Virus record (IMG/VR): IMGVR_UViG_2703718834_000005
Location: 1 to 27,493 of that record
DNA length: 27,493 nucleotides
Strand: one strand, 5' to 3'
Source of the DNA: a virus
Taxonomy: Duplodnaviria > Heunggongvirae > Uroviricota > Caudoviricetes
Positions 27,228 through 27,493 of this stretch are shown here, piece by piece (positions within the stretch are counted from its first letter, which is position 1; the number at the start of each line of letters is the position of its first letter). Under the pieces are notes generated by a model. It worked only from the letters and a program-made list of their open reading frames with translations, made no database searches and was not told where the DNA came from. The translations under genes were made by a program, and so were the position numbers.

Positions 27228-27247
27228 CCGCATCAATGCGGTTTTTT
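27228..27247 (+). terminator. intrinsic terminator upstream of xis
   Basis: CCGCA-tcaa-TGCGG followed by TTTTTT. Confidence 0.6.
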
Positions 27248-27292
27248 ATTTCCTGATTTGCAGGTTCGATTCCCTATTCGGAGATAGCACTC

Positions 27293-27493
27293 ATGCAACA
27301 CGAACTACAACCTGATTCCCTGGTTGATTTGAAATTCATCATGGCCGATACTGGCTTCGGTAAGACCTTCATCTATGACCGGATTAAGTCCGGAGACCTG
27401 CCAAAAGCCAAAGTTATCCACGGGCGAGCAAGATGGTTATATCGTGACCATTGTGAATTCAAAAATAAGCTCTTAAGCCGCGCCAATGGGTAA
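27293..27493 (+). CDS. xis: excisionase / AlpA-family HTH protein (Xis-like)
   Basis: 66 aa; HTH pattern LKFIMADTGFGKTFIYDRIKSGDLP typical of the Xis/AlpA family; last gene of early-left operon, stop at window end, so integrase and att site are expected just beyond. Confidence 0.65.
   Translation: MQHELQPDSLVDLKFIMADTGFGKTFIYDRIKSGDLPKAKVIHGRARWLYRDHCEFKNKLLSRANG

Noticed and set aside
27257-27283. GGTTCGATTCC motif resembling a tRNA T-arm just upstream of xis, which could have marked a tRNA-embedded att site
   Set aside because: Flanking bases do not form a T-stem or acceptor stem, and no D-arm or anticodon arm can be built; also an att site would be expected beyond int, not upstream of xis. 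Treated as a chance match in the xis leader.

Overview
This window is almost entirely one mosaic lambdoid prophage of the P22/Sf6 podovirus type; the excisionase gene sits at the right edge and the left edge cuts through an ejection-protein gene. Reading right to left on the minus strand: early-left operon on plus (PL/OL, nutL, N, nun, small ORFs, cIII-like and kil-like ORFs, RecT, Gp157-like, xis); P22-type immunity region (c2 on plus, cro and cII-like on minus); replication module (O-like initiator with internal ori iterons, bifunctional primase-helicase); lambda-type nin region (ninB, Dam methyltransferase, ninE, orf119, ninF, ninG, ninH, phosphatase); Q with pR'/6S/tR'; lambda-type lysis cassette (S, R, Rz/Rz1); three accessory genes; then an Sf6-like packaging and head/tail module (small and large terminase, portal, scaffold, coat, gp4, gp10, tail needle, gp14, gp7, start of gp20). 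No tRNA, rRNA, CRISPR array, IS element or integrase is visible. The most notable point is that a nun-like transcription-termination exclusion gene appears to have been inserted into the N antiterminator gene, leaving a chimeric N, a 10-bp direct repeat and a displaced N 3' remnant, while the resident nut sites are of a different (phage 21-like) boxB type. Other points: a 235-bp insertion flanked by 16-bp direct repeats just downstream of tR', convergent terminators inside the late leader, and several small translationally coupled genes the ORF track missed. All homology calls are from recalled protein sequences and motifs, not database searches.
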